Program-made: the position numbers and the translations under genes | Notes under the pieces: generated by a model | Told to the model about the DNA's origin: nothing | The model's input: the letters and a program-made list of their open reading frames with translations, nothing else | Databases searched by the model: none | Shown here: positions 1 through 9,434 of the stretch, one piece after another | Position numbering within the stretch: the stretch's first letter is position 1 | Layout: every line of letters starts with the position of its first letter | Assembly: GCA_031403365.1 (NCBI GenBank) | Contig: JANNTE010000130.1 | Location: 1 to 40,172 of the forward strand | Origin: Betaproteobacteria bacterium | Lineage (GTDB): Bacteria; Pseudomonadota; Gammaproteobacteria; Burkholderiales; JACQAP01 | Direction: 5' to 3' | Length of the DNA stretch: 40,172 bases

Positions 1-891
1 GACTACGCGCAACGGCTCAAGAGTCTCGCCGATGACGTCGCCGATACGCTGCTGATCGTGATGCGCGTGTACTTTGAGAAACCGCGCACCACCACCGGCT
101 GGAAGGGGCTGATCAACGACCCGCACATGAATGATTCCTTCGATGTCGAGGAGGGCCTTCAACTGGCGCGCAAACTGCTGTGCAACATCAACGATCTGGG
201 ATTGCCTGCCGGCACCGAAGCATTGGATCCGATCAGCCCGCAGTACATGGGCGATCTGGTGAGCTGGAGCGCGATCGGTGCCCGCACCACGGAATCACAA
301 ACCCATCGCGAAATGGCGAGCGGCCTTTCCACGCCAGTGGGCTTCAAGAACGGAACTGACGGCGGCCTGCAAGTGGCAATCAACGCGCTGTTGTCGGTGT
401 CGCATCCGCACAGTTTTCTCGGAATCAACCAGCGCGGGCAGGTCTCGGTAATTCGCACCAACGGCAACCGCTACGGCCATATCGTATTGCGCGGCGGGGC
501 GAAAGGTTCGAACTACGACTCGGTAACCATGTCGGTGGTGGAAAAGGAACTGGCCAGAAACAAACTCGCCGCCAATATCGTAGTGGATTGCAGTCATGCC
601 AATTCCAACAAGGATCACAATCTGCAACCGCTGGTCATGCTCGACTGCGCTCATCAGATTTTGGAAGGCAATCAGTCCATCGTCGGCGTCATGCTGGAAA
701 GCAACATCAACGCCGGCAATCAATCCATACCCGCCGATCTGAAGCAGCTGAAGTACGGCGTTTCGGTGACGGACGCCTGCATCGACTGGCCGACTACGGA
801 GAAGTTGTTGCGCGAAACGCGACAGAAACTGAAGAACGCGCTGCCCGCGCGTGCCCCGAGATCAGCGCAAGTCCGGAAAATAAGCGGCTAA
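1..891 (+). CDS. aroG: 3-deoxy-7-phosphoheptulonate (DAHP) synthase, class I AroF/G/H type; 5' end cut by window edge
   Basis: Frame 1 is open from nt 1 ([20 protein letters not shown] precedes the tracked ORF). Hallmark class I motifs: [47 protein letters not shown]. The isoenzyme cannot be assigned from sequence alone. Confidence 0.9.
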   Translation, partial: DYAQRLKSLADDVADTLLIVMRVYFEKPRTTTGWKGLINDPHMNDSFDVEEGLQLARKLLCNINDLGLPAGTEALDPISPQYMGDLVSWSAIGARTTESQTHREMASGLSTPVGFKNGTDGGLQVAINALLSVSHPHSFLGINQRGQVSVIRTNGNRYGHIVLRGGAKGSNYDSVTMSVVEKELARNKLAANIVVDCSHANSNKDHNLQPLVMLDCAHQILEGNQSIVGVMLESNINAGNQSIPADLKQLKYGVSVTDACIDWPTTEKLLRETRQKLKNALPARAPRSAQVRKISG

Positions 892-959
892 GCGGCAGCG
901 GGCACCCGCTGCCAACCGGTTCGGATTCTCCGGCCAGCCGGCCTGCCGCCAGAATCGGA

Positions 960-1904
960 TTGGTGTTGGGCAGTGGTTCCGCGCGCGGCTGGTCGCACAT
1001 CGGCGTCATCCGCGCGCTCGAAGAATCCGGCATCGTGCCGGACCTGGTCTGCGGCACGTCTATCGGCGCGCTGGTGGGAGCTGCCTATTGCGCGGGTGAA
1101 CTCGACCGCCTCGAGCCCTGGGTCAAATCCCTGACCTGGCAGAACGTTGTCGGCCTGCTGGACATGACCATCGGCGGCGGACTCATCAAAGGCAACAAGC
1201 TGGTCGCGTTCTTCCGCTCCCACTACGCCGACACTGCGATCGAGCAGTTGCCAAAAGCCTTCGGCGCTGTTTGCACCGATCTGGCCACCGGACAGGAAGT
1301 ATGGCTGCGCGAAGGCATGCTGATCGACTCGGTACGCGCCTCGATCGCGGTACCCGGCCTGTTCGCGCCTGTGAAGCGTGGCGATCTGGTGCTGGTGGAC
1401 GGCGCACTGGTCAATCCCGTGCCGGTGTCGCTATGTCGTGCCATGGGCGCTGACATCGTCATCGCAGTGGAATTGACTTCCGGAATGAAGATACCGCGCT
1501 TGCGCAAACCAGTTGCCGGGGATAGACCAGCGGGCCAGGTCGGTGCGTTGCTGAGCCGGTTGCAGGCGGGCATTGGCATGCTCAGGAGCGGGCCGGTCCC
1601 CGGCAGTCCCCTGCCCTCGGTCATCGATGTCATGGCAAGCAGCATCAATATCATGCAAGTACAGATCACCCGCAGCCGCTTTGCAGCGGAGCCGGCCGAC
1701 GTGGTCATCAGTCCGCAGATGGCGCTGATGGACTTTCACCGCGCAACCGAAGCGATCGACGAAGGTCGTCGGGCGACCGGTCCGATGCTTGCGCAAATAC
1801 AGGCGCTGCTGACGGAGCGCCGCCAGTGCGGTGCCGCCGGCACGGCGCCGGCAGCATCGGCCAAAGAACGCTTTAGCGCATCACGAAAGGATTGCCGGTC
1901 TTGA
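960..1904 (+). CDS. patatin-like phospholipase (RssA-like)
   Basis: Oxyanion motif GLVLGSGSARG, nucleophile GTSIG (GxSxG) and catalytic DGA (LVDGALVNP). There is no in-frame ATG after the aroG stop, so the start is taken as TTG 960 or GTG 963, directly before the glycine-rich motif. The track ORF from 588 overlaps aroG and is over-extended. Confidence 0.8.
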   Translation: MVLGSGSARGWSHIGVIRALEESGIVPDLVCGTSIGALVGAAYCAGELDRLEPWVKSLTWQNVVGLLDMTIGGGLIKGNKLVAFFRSHYADTAIEQLPKAFGAVCTDLATGQEVWLREGMLIDSVRASIAVPGLFAPVKRGDLVLVDGALVNPVPVSLCRAMGADIVIAVELTSGMKIPRLRKPVAGDRPAGQVGALLSRLQAGIGMLRSGPVPGSPLPSVIDVMASSINIMQVQITRSRFAAEPADVVISPQMALMDFHRATEAIDEGRRATGPMLAQIQALLTERRQCGAAGTAPAASAKERFSASRKDCRS

Positions 1905-3351
1905 CACCGGTATTGATCCACACGCTCTTCATCTGCAGATATTCGTAGATCGCGCTCTGGCCGTTCTCGCGCCCCATGCCACTGTCCTTGTAGCCGCCAA
2001 ACGGCGACATGAAGCTGACCGCGCGATAGGTATTGACCCAGACCGTGCCGGACTTCAGGCGCTCCGACATGCGGATGGCACGTCCGACATCGCGCGTCCA
2101 AACGCCGGCGCCAAGGCCAAAGCGCACATCGTTGCCAATGCGCACGGCATCTTCCTCATCCTTGAACGGAATGATGGACAGCACCGGGCCGAAAACTTCT
2201 TCCTGGGCGATGCGCATCTTGTTATTGACGCCGGTGAATATGGTCGGCTCGACAAACCAGCCCTTGCCGCACTCCGGGCGCGTGGCTGCGCCCCCGCCCA
2301 TGCGCAGCTTCGCGCCTTCGTTCTTGGCGATGTCGATGTAGGACAAGACCTTGTCGTACTGCGGGCGCGTGGTCACCGGGCCGACCTGGGTTTCCAGGCT
2401 CATCGGGTTGCCCATTTTCGCCGTTTTCGCCAAGGCCAGCAGTTTCTCGACGAAGGCGTCATGTATGGATTCCTGCACCAGCAGGCGCGAACCGGCGATG
2501 CAGGTCTGGCCGGTGGCAGCAAAGATGCCGGACACCGCGCCATTGACCGCGTCTTCGATGACCGCGTCTTCGAACACGATATTCGGTGATTTTCCGCCCA
2601 GCTCCAGACCGACCTTCTTGAAGCCGCGCGCTGCTGTCTCGTTGATGATTCTGCCGGTGGCATCGGAGCCGGTGAACGTTATCTTGGCGGTAAGCGGATG
2701 CTCGACCAGTGGCATGCCGACTTCCTTGCCATAACCCGTGACGACATTGACCACACCGGCCGGGAAGCCCGCTTGCTCGACCAGCTTGATGAATTCCAGC
2801 ACGGAAGCGGAGGTGAACTCGGAAGGCTTGATGACCACGGTATTGCCGGCCGCCAGCGCCGGCGCGAGCTTCCATGCGGTCAGCATCAGCGGGGAATTCC
2901 ACGGTGTAATCGCCACCACCACTCCAAGCGGCTCATAACGGGTGAAATTGAAGTAACCCTTCTTGTCAAGCGGGATGACCGCGCCCTGCACCTTGTCGGC
3001 AAGCCCGCCGAAGTAGTAATACCACTGCGGAACATAGTTGAGCTGGGCGCCCATTTCGGCCAGAAGCTTGCCGTTGTCGCGCACTTCGATTTCCGCCAGA
3101 TGCTGCGCATTCTGCGCCACCAGATCGCCCAATTTTCTGAGCAATGCGCCGCGCTGCGTCGCCGTCATCTCCGGCCACGGGCCGGAAGTAAACGCGGCAT
3201 GCGCAGTGCGCACGGCATGGTCGGCGTCGGCGGCATTGCCGCGCGCGATCAGTGCCCAGGGCTCACCGGTGAACGGATTGAAACTTTCGAACCATTCGCC
3301 CGAGGACGGGGCTACCCACTCGCCGCCGATATACATCTGATGTTTCTGCAT
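1873..3351 (-). CDS. NAD(P)-dependent aldehyde dehydrogenase
   Basis: 492 aa with typical ALDH features: MYIGGEWV N-terminus, ELGGKSP, catalytic-Cys region FAATGQTCIAGSRL, and EEVFGPV. SD AGGAGA lies upstream of the ATG. Confidence 0.9.
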   Translation of the reverse strand: MQKHQMYIGGEWVAPSSGEWFESFNPFTGEPWALIARGNAADADHAVRTAHAAFTSGPWPEMTATQRGALLRKLGDLVAQNAQHLAEIEVRDNGKLLAEMGAQLNYVPQWYYYFGGLADKVQGAVIPLDKKGYFNFTRYEPLGVVVAITPWNSPLMLTAWKLAPALAAGNTVVIKPSEFTSASVLEFIKLVEQAGFPAGVVNVVTGYGKEVGMPLVEHPLTAKITFTGSDATGRIINETAARGFKKVGLELGGKSPNIVFEDAVIEDAVNGAVSGIFAATGQTCIAGSRLLVQESIHDAFVEKLLALAKTAKMGNPMSLETQVGPVTTRPQYDKVLSYIDIAKNEGAKLRMGGGAATRPECGKGWFVEPTIFTGVNNKMRIAQEEVFGPVLSIIPFKDEEDAVRIGNDVRFGLGAGVWTRDVGRAIRMSERLKSGTVWVNTYRAVSFMSPFGGYKDSGMGRENGQSAIYEYLQMKSVWINTGVKTGNPFVMR

Positions 3352-3388
3352 ACCTGTCTCCTGTTACCAATGTAAATTGGTTATCCGG

Positions 3389-4360
3389 TTATCGAATCGC
3401 AATCGGCGCCACGGTCGAACCCGTGCCGCCCTTGATCTTCAGGGGCTGCACGACAAAGGCAAACTCGTGCACTTTTTTCGCCGCCAGTTCGTCGAGCTTC
3501 ACGTTCTCCAGCAGGAAAATGCCATTGATCACGAGCGCGATCTGGTGGATTGGCAGGCTCAAGGCCTTGTCGGGATTGGGTGCGACTTCCACCGAGTAAG
3601 TGTCGGCGCCGAACAGCACCGGCTCGTGCCTGGCGAGCCACTCGGCGGCGGCGACACCGATTCCCGGCGAGCCGCTGTTGTACCGCGCATTGTCCACGCC
3701 CCATTGCCTGCCCCAGCCGCTGTGAATGAGAACGGCGTCGCCGGATTTGAGCGCGATGCCTTGCTTCTTGAGGGCGTCCTGCAAATCCTGCACGGTGATT
3801 TCATAACTGAGCGGCAGCATGTCCACGCCTTTGGCGGCAGCCACATCGATCAACACGCCGCGCGTCATGATCGAGCCGATTTTTTCCACTCCGAGTTTGC
3901 TGAAGCCATTGCGCGACTGGATGTCGGCGGTGGCGATGCAGTTGTATAGTTGTCCGTCGATTTCCTGGTGAGAAAACATGTCGAACTGGGTGCCGACCTG
4001 ACCCAGTTCGGTGATGATGAGTTCTTCGTTGCTGGCGCGTTTGTTGGTACCCATCAGCGGACCCGTGCGCTTGGTATGGATATCGAAACGGCGGGTTCCG
4101 AAGAAAGGCATGTCGGTTGCGAGCACGCGCCCGAGTTCGATCACTTCGCCGCTGCGTATGAGTTTCGCCGCGCTCAACACGGCGGAAGGCGTAATCAGAT
4201 TGGCGGCGCCGCGCTCATCGCCCGCGCCCCACTTCGAGGGGCAGCGCTCGCCGGGCGCGGGAGGTGCCCAGCTCTGCGCGTGGGCGAGGGTGGATATCGA
4301 CAGGGCGCAAACCGACAACAGCGCGGCAATGGAACTGGAAGCAGCTGGACTGGCTTTCAT
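3389..4360 (-). CDS. secreted putative cyclase / kynurenine-formamidase-like family protein
   Basis: Signal peptide MKASPAASSSIAALLSVCALSISTLAHA. Cyclase-family pattern HQEIDGQLYN ... VLIHSGWG ... FGADTYSVE. It lies 37 nt upstream of the ALDH gene on the same strand. Confidence 0.7.
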   Translation of the reverse strand: MKASPAASSSIAALLSVCALSISTLAHAQSWAPPAPGERCPSKWGAGDERGAANLITPSAVLSAAKLIRSGEVIELGRVLATDMPFFGTRRFDIHTKRTGPLMGTNKRASNEELIITELGQVGTQFDMFSHQEIDGQLYNCIATADIQSRNGFSKLGVEKIGSIMTRGVLIDVAAAKGVDMLPLSYEITVQDLQDALKKQGIALKSGDAVLIHSGWGRQWGVDNARYNSGSPGIGVAAAEWLARHEPVLFGADTYSVEVAPNPDKALSLPIHQIALVINGIFLLENVKLDELAAKKVHEFAFVVQPLKIKGGTGSTVAPIAIR

Positions 4361-4415
4361 CGTCTACCTTTCGAATGATTGCAGGGTGTGCAGTCGGCGG
4401 ATCTGGCGGACCGGA

Positions 4416-5363
4416 ATGTTAGCATGCGTTGTAATCCCACCGCGAACAACCCAACCACGTCCCGTGCAAACCCAGCAAACCCTGCCCCGCTCCATGTGGG
4501 TACTGCTCATCGTGCTCACCCTGGGCTGGGGATTTAACTGGCCGGCGATGAAACTCACGCTCGCGGAAATGCCGGTGTGGACTTTCCGTGGCTTGTGCGT
4601 GACCTCCGGCACCATCGGCTTGTTCCTGCTTGCGCGCCTGGGCGGCCAATCCTTGCGCGTTCCGCACGGGCAATGGCCGCGCTTGATCGCCGCCTCGCTG
4701 TGCAACGTCGCGCTGTGGAACATCCTGGTCGGCTACGGCCTTGGGATGCTGCCCGCCGGGCGCAGCGTCATTCTTGCCTACAGCATGCCGGTGTGGGCGA
4801 TGTTACTGTCGGTATTCATTCTGCACGAGAAACTCTCGCGGCGCCGCGTGCTCGGCCTCATGCTCGGCATGGCCGGCATGGCGCTTCTGATCGGCAAGGA
4901 ATTCGCCTCGCTGCAAACCTCGCCGCTCGGTTCGATGTTGGTTCTCGGCGCCGCGTTCAGTTGGGCACTGGGCACCGTCATCATGAAGCGCTACCCGATT
5001 GCCCTCCAGACTACCGCCCTCACCGCCTGGCAGATGCTGGTCGGTGGCATTCCCATCGTGTTAGGCGCGCTGTTGATCGATGCCGGAGCATTGGAACCAC
5101 TGAGCGCAGCCGCCACCTTCGGGCTGTGCTACAACATGTTTTTCGTGTTCATCTTCTGCTACTGGGCCTGGTTCAAGATCGCAACCACCGCGCCGCCCAG
5201 CGTGTCTTCGCTGAGTACGCTGATGATTCCGGTGGTAGGCGTGTTCAGCGGCATCGTCGTTCTGGGCGAGTCGCCGCATTGGCAGGAATATGTTGCGCTG
5301 GTGCTGGTTATTGCGGCGCTTGCGACCGTGCTGATTGGCCCGCGGTCGCCGGCGGCGACCTAA
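4416..5363 (+). CDS. EamA/DMT family transporter
   Basis: About ten hydrophobic helices and two EamA-like halves (LGWGFNWPAMK ...; AFSWALGTVIMKR ...). Start is uncertain: ATG 4416, GTG 4464 or ATG 4494. The track start at 4011 runs antisense through the cyclase gene. Confidence 0.8.
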   Translation: MLACVVIPPRTTQPRPVQTQQTLPRSMWVLLIVLTLGWGFNWPAMKLTLAEMPVWTFRGLCVTSGTIGLFLLARLGGQSLRVPHGQWPRLIAASLCNVALWNILVGYGLGMLPAGRSVILAYSMPVWAMLLSVFILHEKLSRRRVLGLMLGMAGMALLIGKEFASLQTSPLGSMLVLGAAFSWALGTVIMKRYPIALQTTALTAWQMLVGGIPIVLGALLIDAGALEPLSAAATFGLCYNMFFVFIFCYWAWFKIATTAPPSVSSLSTLMIPVVGVFSGIVVLGESPHWQEYVALVLVIAALATVLIGPRSPAAT

Positions 5364-5449
5364 AGTCCCTGGCGCCAGCGGCGACCTGAACTCCCTGGCG
5401 CCCGCGGCGAGCTAAACTTCCCGGCGCCCGATGCCGTAAACTGGCCCAG
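5348..5449. repeat. about 3.5 tandem copies of a 26-nt unit spanning the EamA stop codon
   Basis: Units: 5348-5373 GCCGGCGGCGACCTAAAGTCCCTGGC, 5374-5399 GCCAGCGGCGACCTGAACTCCCTGGC, 5400-5425 GCCCGCGGCGAGCTAAACTTCCCGGC, then a degenerate fourth copy (GCCCGATGCCGTAAACTGGCCC). Confidence 0.85.
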
Positions 5450-5531
5450 TCTGGCTCGTCAAGTCCGTGCAGGCGGCAGCAAGTGTCCGAAAATTGCTAC
5501 ACTCGTCTTCGACAGGTGCAACTTTAAGCTT

Positions 5532-6152
5532 ATGAAACCGAACTTGATGCCACGGCTTTGCGCACTCCTGATGTCGGCTCTTGCGGTCAGCTTTGCCCAA
5601 GCAGATATCTATCGGCATGTCGCCGCCGATGGGACGGTGCATTTCACGAATGTGCCGCAGGACAGTCGCTTCAAGATTTACCTCAGGGAGAAGAAGGTCC
5701 GAAGCCCGGTGCGCGAAACGCTGGCCGGCGACATTCGCCGCTACGCCGAAAAAAATCGTGCGCGTTACGCCAAGCATATTCAGGCCGCCGCAAAGGCAAA
5801 CCGCCTGGAGGCCGCTCTGATCCACGCCGTGATCTCCGCCGAGTCCGGTTACAACCCGTTTGCGCGCTCTCCCAAAGGTGCGACCGGCCTGATGCAGTTG
5901 ATGCCGCAAACGGCCAAACGCTATGGAGTGAAGAACAGCCTCGATCCGGCGCAGAATATCCGCGGCGGTTCGCGCTACCTCGCGGACCTGATCCGTCTGT
6001 TCAATAATGACGTTCATCTCGCGGTGGCTGCCTATAACGCCGGCGAAAATGCAGTCATGAAATTCGGCAACCGCATTCCTCCGTACCAGGAGACGATGAT
6101 TTACGTGCCCCGGGTCATGAACTACTACCGGACCTACCGCGCCGCTTCCTAG
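5532..6152 (+). CDS. lytic transglycosylase (SLT domain) with N-terminal DUF4124-like segment
   Basis: Signal peptide MKPNLMPRLCALLMSALAVSFAQA. DIYRHVAADGTVHFTNVP. SLT catalytic motif ISAESGYNP ... GATGLMQLMPQTA ... AAYNAGENAV. Confidence 0.88.
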   Translation: MKPNLMPRLCALLMSALAVSFAQADIYRHVAADGTVHFTNVPQDSRFKIYLREKKVRSPVRETLAGDIRRYAEKNRARYAKHIQAAAKANRLEAALIHAVISAESGYNPFARSPKGATGLMQLMPQTAKRYGVKNSLDPAQNIRGGSRYLADLIRLFNNDVHLAVAAYNAGENAVMKFGNRIPPYQETMIYVPRVMNYYRTYRAAS

Positions 6153-7219
6153 CCCTTCTTTTGTACCGGCGCGGCAACCGCGAGGAAGGCATCAGGCGGC
6201 GAAGCCGCCAGTTTTACGGCCGCATTGACAGGCGTCAGATGCTCGATGAACTGATCGATGGATGCCTGCCAGGAGAACTGTTCTGCGTACTGCCGGGCTT
6301 TGTGCCTCGGAATCTCAAGCGCTTGCCGGCACGCCACCTTGAGGTCCTCATGCAAGACCCCCGCGCCGCTGTTGCCGATTACGTCTATGGGTCCGAGCAC
6401 CGGGAACGCCGCCACCGGCGTGCCGCAGGCCAGGGCTTCAAGCATCACCAGGCCGAAGGTATCGGTCAGGCTGGGGAAAACGAAAACGTCGGCCGCACGG
6501 TAGTAACTTGCCAGTTCGGCGGCGGTCTTGATGCCGTCGAAGCGCACATCGGGATAGCGGCGTTGAAGTTGCGCCCGCGAAGGGCCTTCACCGACCACCC
6601 ATTTGCTGCCGTCCAGATCCAGCTTCAGAAATGCCTCTATGTTTTTTTCCACGGCGACGCGACCCACGTATAAATAAATCGGGCGCTCCGTGGTCAACGC
6701 CTTGCGCTCGCCGGGCGAAAATGTCCCGGTATCCACGCCACGCGTCCAGGCGACTGTGTTGCTGAAACCGCGGGCTTCCAGGTCGCGCTGCACGCTGGGG
6801 GTCGGTACCATCACCGCTCGCGCAGGGGCGTGAAAGTGCCGCAACCATCGATAGGTCAACTGGACCGGAACCCGGAAGCGCGCATGAACATATTCGGCGA
6901 ATCGCGTATGGAAGGCCGAGGTGAATGCAATCCTGCGCTTCAGGCAGTAGCGGCGCGCAGCGATGCCCAGCGGGCCTTCGGTCGCAATGTGAATGGCATC
7001 CGGGGCAAATTCCTCGATCTGCCGGCTGACACCGCTGAAGGGCATCAGGCTCAGGCGAATCTCCGGATAGGTCGGGCAGGGAATCGATTTGAACTGCAGT
7101 GGTGTGACAAAGCGGACCTCGTGTCCAAGCCGTTTCAGACCCTCGCCGATCTTGCCCAGCGTGGTTACGACCCCATTGACCTGGGGCAACCATGCGTCTG
7201 TAACTATCATCACTTTCAT
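6149..7219 (-). CDS. glycosyltransferase family 4 (GT-B, GT1-like)
   Basis: MKVMIVTDAWLPQVNGVVTTL N-terminus and C-terminal FVFPSLTDTFGLVMLEALACGTPV motif. The ATG at 7219 overlaps the upstream gene's stop as ATGA. The track start at 7285 is over-extended. Confidence 0.88.
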   Translation of the reverse strand: MKVMIVTDAWLPQVNGVVTTLGKIGEGLKRLGHEVRFVTPLQFKSIPCPTYPEIRLSLMPFSGVSRQIEEFAPDAIHIATEGPLGIAARRYCLKRRIAFTSAFHTRFAEYVHARFRVPVQLTYRWLRHFHAPARAVMVPTPSVQRDLEARGFSNTVAWTRGVDTGTFSPGERKALTTERPIYLYVGRVAVEKNIEAFLKLDLDGSKWVVGEGPSRAQLQRRYPDVRFDGIKTAAELASYYRAADVFVFPSLTDTFGLVMLEALACGTPVAAFPVLGPIDVIGNSGAGVLHEDLKVACRQALEIPRHKARQYAEQFSWQASIDQFIEHLTPVNAAVKLAASPPDAFLAVAAPVQKKG

Positions 7220-8007
7220 GCGTGCGCCTGCTCCTCTAGTTGCATCATTGGGTTGGATGACTTCGTCGCAGATTGATGTTGCCATTCGACGATTTTGAGT
7301 TCGCCTTCCCGGGTTTCCACCAGCGCGGACAGACTTTCCACCCAGTCACCGTCGTTGCAGTAGACAATTCCATCAATGGTCTTGATCTGCGGTTTATGGA
7401 TGTGACCGCAGACGACGCCATGGAAGCCGCGATTTCTCGCTTCCCGCGCCACGGCATCTTCGAATGCAGTCATGAAGTTCACCGCATTTTTGGTTTTGTG
7501 CTTCAGATACTGCGACAGCGACCAGTAGCGGTAGCCGAATTTGGCCCGGAGATGATTGAACCAGCGGTTGAGCTTGAGAATAAACGTGTACAACTGGTCG
7601 CCGACCACCGCCAGCCATCGGGCCTGCTGAACCACTGCGTCATAAAGATCGCCGTGGACGACCAGAAACTTGCGGCCATCGGCCATCGTGTGCACTGCTT
7701 CATCGCAGATTTCAATATCACCGAAGGCAAGGCCAAGGAAGTGGCGCATGACCTCGTCGTGGTTACCGGCGATATATAAAACCTTGGTACCCTTGCGCGC
7801 TTTGCGCAGGATTTTTTGCACGACGTCGTTGTGGGCCCGCGTCCAGTACCAGCCGCGCTTGAGCTGCCAGCCGTCGATGATGTCGCCGACGAGGTAGAGC
7901 TGGTCAGATTCGTTGTGCCGCAGGAAATCCAGCAGAAAATCGGCCTGGCAACCGGGAGTACCCAGGTGAATATCGGATATCCAGATAGTCCGGTATCGGG
8001 TTACCAG
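7216..8007 (-). CDS. LpxH2-type UDP-2,3-diacylglucosamine diphosphatase-like metallophosphoesterase; start codon unresolved
   Basis: RYRTIWISDIHLGTPGCQADFLLDFL ... LYLVGDIIDGW ... IAGNHDE ... VHGD ... CGHIH. The frame is open up to a TGA at 8071-8073. It has no in-frame ATG/GTG/TTG upstream of GTG 7821. Candidate starts are CTG 8007, ATT 8019 and CTG 8034. Confidence 0.75.
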   Translation of the reverse strand: MVTRYRTIWISDIHLGTPGCQADFLLDFLRHNESDQLYLVGDIIDGWQLKRGWYWTRAHNDVVQKILRKARKGTKVLYIAGNHDEVMRHFLGLAFGDIEICDEAVHTMADGRKFLVVHGDLYDAVVQQARWLAVVGDQLYTFILKLNRWFNHLRAKFGYRYWSLSQYLKHKTKNAVNFMTAFEDAVAREARNRGFHGVVCGHIHKPQIKTIDGIVYCNDGDWVESLSALVETREGELKIVEWQHQSATKSSNPMMQLEEQAHA

Positions 8008-8276
8008 GGAATCCGGAATATCGCGCGAATTCAGGTGACTTGCTCGATAAACATAATGTCGAGCATTAAATCATGTGGTCGTGACAGTAATATTGCAGCT
8101 GGCGAAATTACCTGTGGCAAACGGGACAGAATCGACTGAACCGGTACGCGAGTAACCCATCGCCCTACTACCGGACCCCGAGGCGGCGCAGCGGCTTGCC
8201 TATTCAAGCAGGGGTTTCGCACAAGACGCGGGAGCGCCTATCATTGGGCGAACGATCCAGAAAACCAGCCGTCTGA

Positions 8277-9380
8277 ATGACCATGAAAATCGAAGCAATC
8301 GAAACCACTGTTCTGCGCATTCCCTACACCAGCGGCGGCCCGTCGGACACCGAAGTCTGGGGCGGCAAGGCCTGGCCGACTGCAGATGTATTGCTGGTCA
8401 AAGTCAGCACCGAAGATGGCGTTATCGGCTGGGGCGAAGCATTCGGTTATAACGTCATTCCAGCCACTAAAGTGGCGATCGACCAGATTCTGGCACCGAT
8501 GTGCATCGGCCGCGATGCACTGGCGATTGAAATTCTGATGCAGGAACTTCAGCACAAGCTGCATATCTTCGGGCGCAGCGGTCCGATCATTTTCGGCTTG
8601 TCCGGCATCGACATCGCGCTCTGGGATATTGCCGGAAAAGTTTCCGGGAAGCCATTGCATCAGTTGCTCGGCGGCGGCAGATCGCAGCTGCCATGCTACG
8701 CCAGCATGATCCGCTATACCGAGCCGGAGCGGGTTGCCGCCAATGTAGAGCGCGCCCTCAAGGACGGCTACCGCCACATCAAATTACATGAGATCGCACT
8801 GGCCCCGACGCGCGCGGCGCGCGCAGCCGCCGGTGATGATGTGGACCTGATGCTCGACGTGAACTGCCCATGGTCGCTCAGCGAGGCGCTCGAAATGGCG
8901 CAAAAACTGCGCCCGCTGAATCTGCGCTGGCTAGAAGAGCCGGTATGGCCGCCTGAAGATCACGCGGCGCTGGCCCAGATTCGCGCGCGCGGCGGCATTG
9001 CGATTGCTGCTGGCGAGAACGCCACTACGGTGGCGCAATTCAACCATCTGTTCCAGGCCGGGGCGGTTGATTTCGTGCAACCGAGCCCCGCCAAGATGGG
9101 TGGCGTCTCGGAACTGCGCAAGGTGTTTACGCTCGCCGCTGCCTTTGGCGTTACGGTGATGCCGCACAGCTTTTACGATGGCCCCGCCTTTCTGGCAGGT
9201 GTGCATGTGAATGCCGCGCTGGGACGCGCTTCGATGGTGGAATGGCGCTATTTCGATCTGGAAGCGCGGCTTTACGGCGATCAGGCGATTCCGCGCAACG
9301 GCACTATTGCCGTTCCTCAAGCGCATGGCCTGGGGTTCGACCCGGACCCGGATGTTCTGAGTCGCTATGGCTCTGGCTAG
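8277..9380 (+). CDS. mandelate racemase / muconate lactonizing enzyme family (enolase superfamily) protein
   Basis: 367 aa with metal-ligand pattern LMLDVN, WLEEP, IAAGEN. The N-terminal capping domain (MKIEAIETTVLRIPY) is typical of the family. Confidence 0.85.
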   Translation: MTMKIEAIETTVLRIPYTSGGPSDTEVWGGKAWPTADVLLVKVSTEDGVIGWGEAFGYNVIPATKVAIDQILAPMCIGRDALAIEILMQELQHKLHIFGRSGPIIFGLSGIDIALWDIAGKVSGKPLHQLLGGGRSQLPCYASMIRYTEPERVAANVERALKDGYRHIKLHEIALAPTRAARAAAGDDVDLMLDVNCPWSLSEALEMAQKLRPLNLRWLEEPVWPPEDHAALAQIRARGGIAIAAGENATTVAQFNHLFQAGAVDFVQPSPAKMGGVSELRKVFTLAAAFGVTVMPHSFYDGPAFLAGVHVNAALGRASMVEWRYFDLEARLYGDQAIPRNGTIAVPQAHGLGFDPDPDVLSRYGSG

Positions 9381-9434
9381 AGGCAGGTCCGGGCTGCTGT
9401 TTCCACGCATCAGTTGCGCGTAAAATCCGGGCGG

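Noticed and set aside
588-959. 5' extension of the patatin ORF overlapping aroG
   Set aside because: It overlaps the well-supported DAHP synthase frame by about 300 nt and shows no patatin homology. The glycine-rich patatin motif starts right after nt 960.
4011-4415. 5' extension of the EamA ORF
   Set aside because: It runs antisense through the cyclase-family gene. Transporter-like hydrophobic sequence begins only after about nt 4490.
5348-5449. Possibility that the 26-nt tandem repeat, or the repeats in 25442-26245, is a CRISPR array
   Set aside because: The units are directly adjacent with no unique spacers. The 26-nt array has fewer than four copies. The other repeats are in-frame coding duplications. 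No cas genes are present.
5412-6017. 201-aa minus-strand ORF
   Set aside because: It is antisense to the lytic transglycosylase gene, which has a signal peptide and the SLT catalytic motif.
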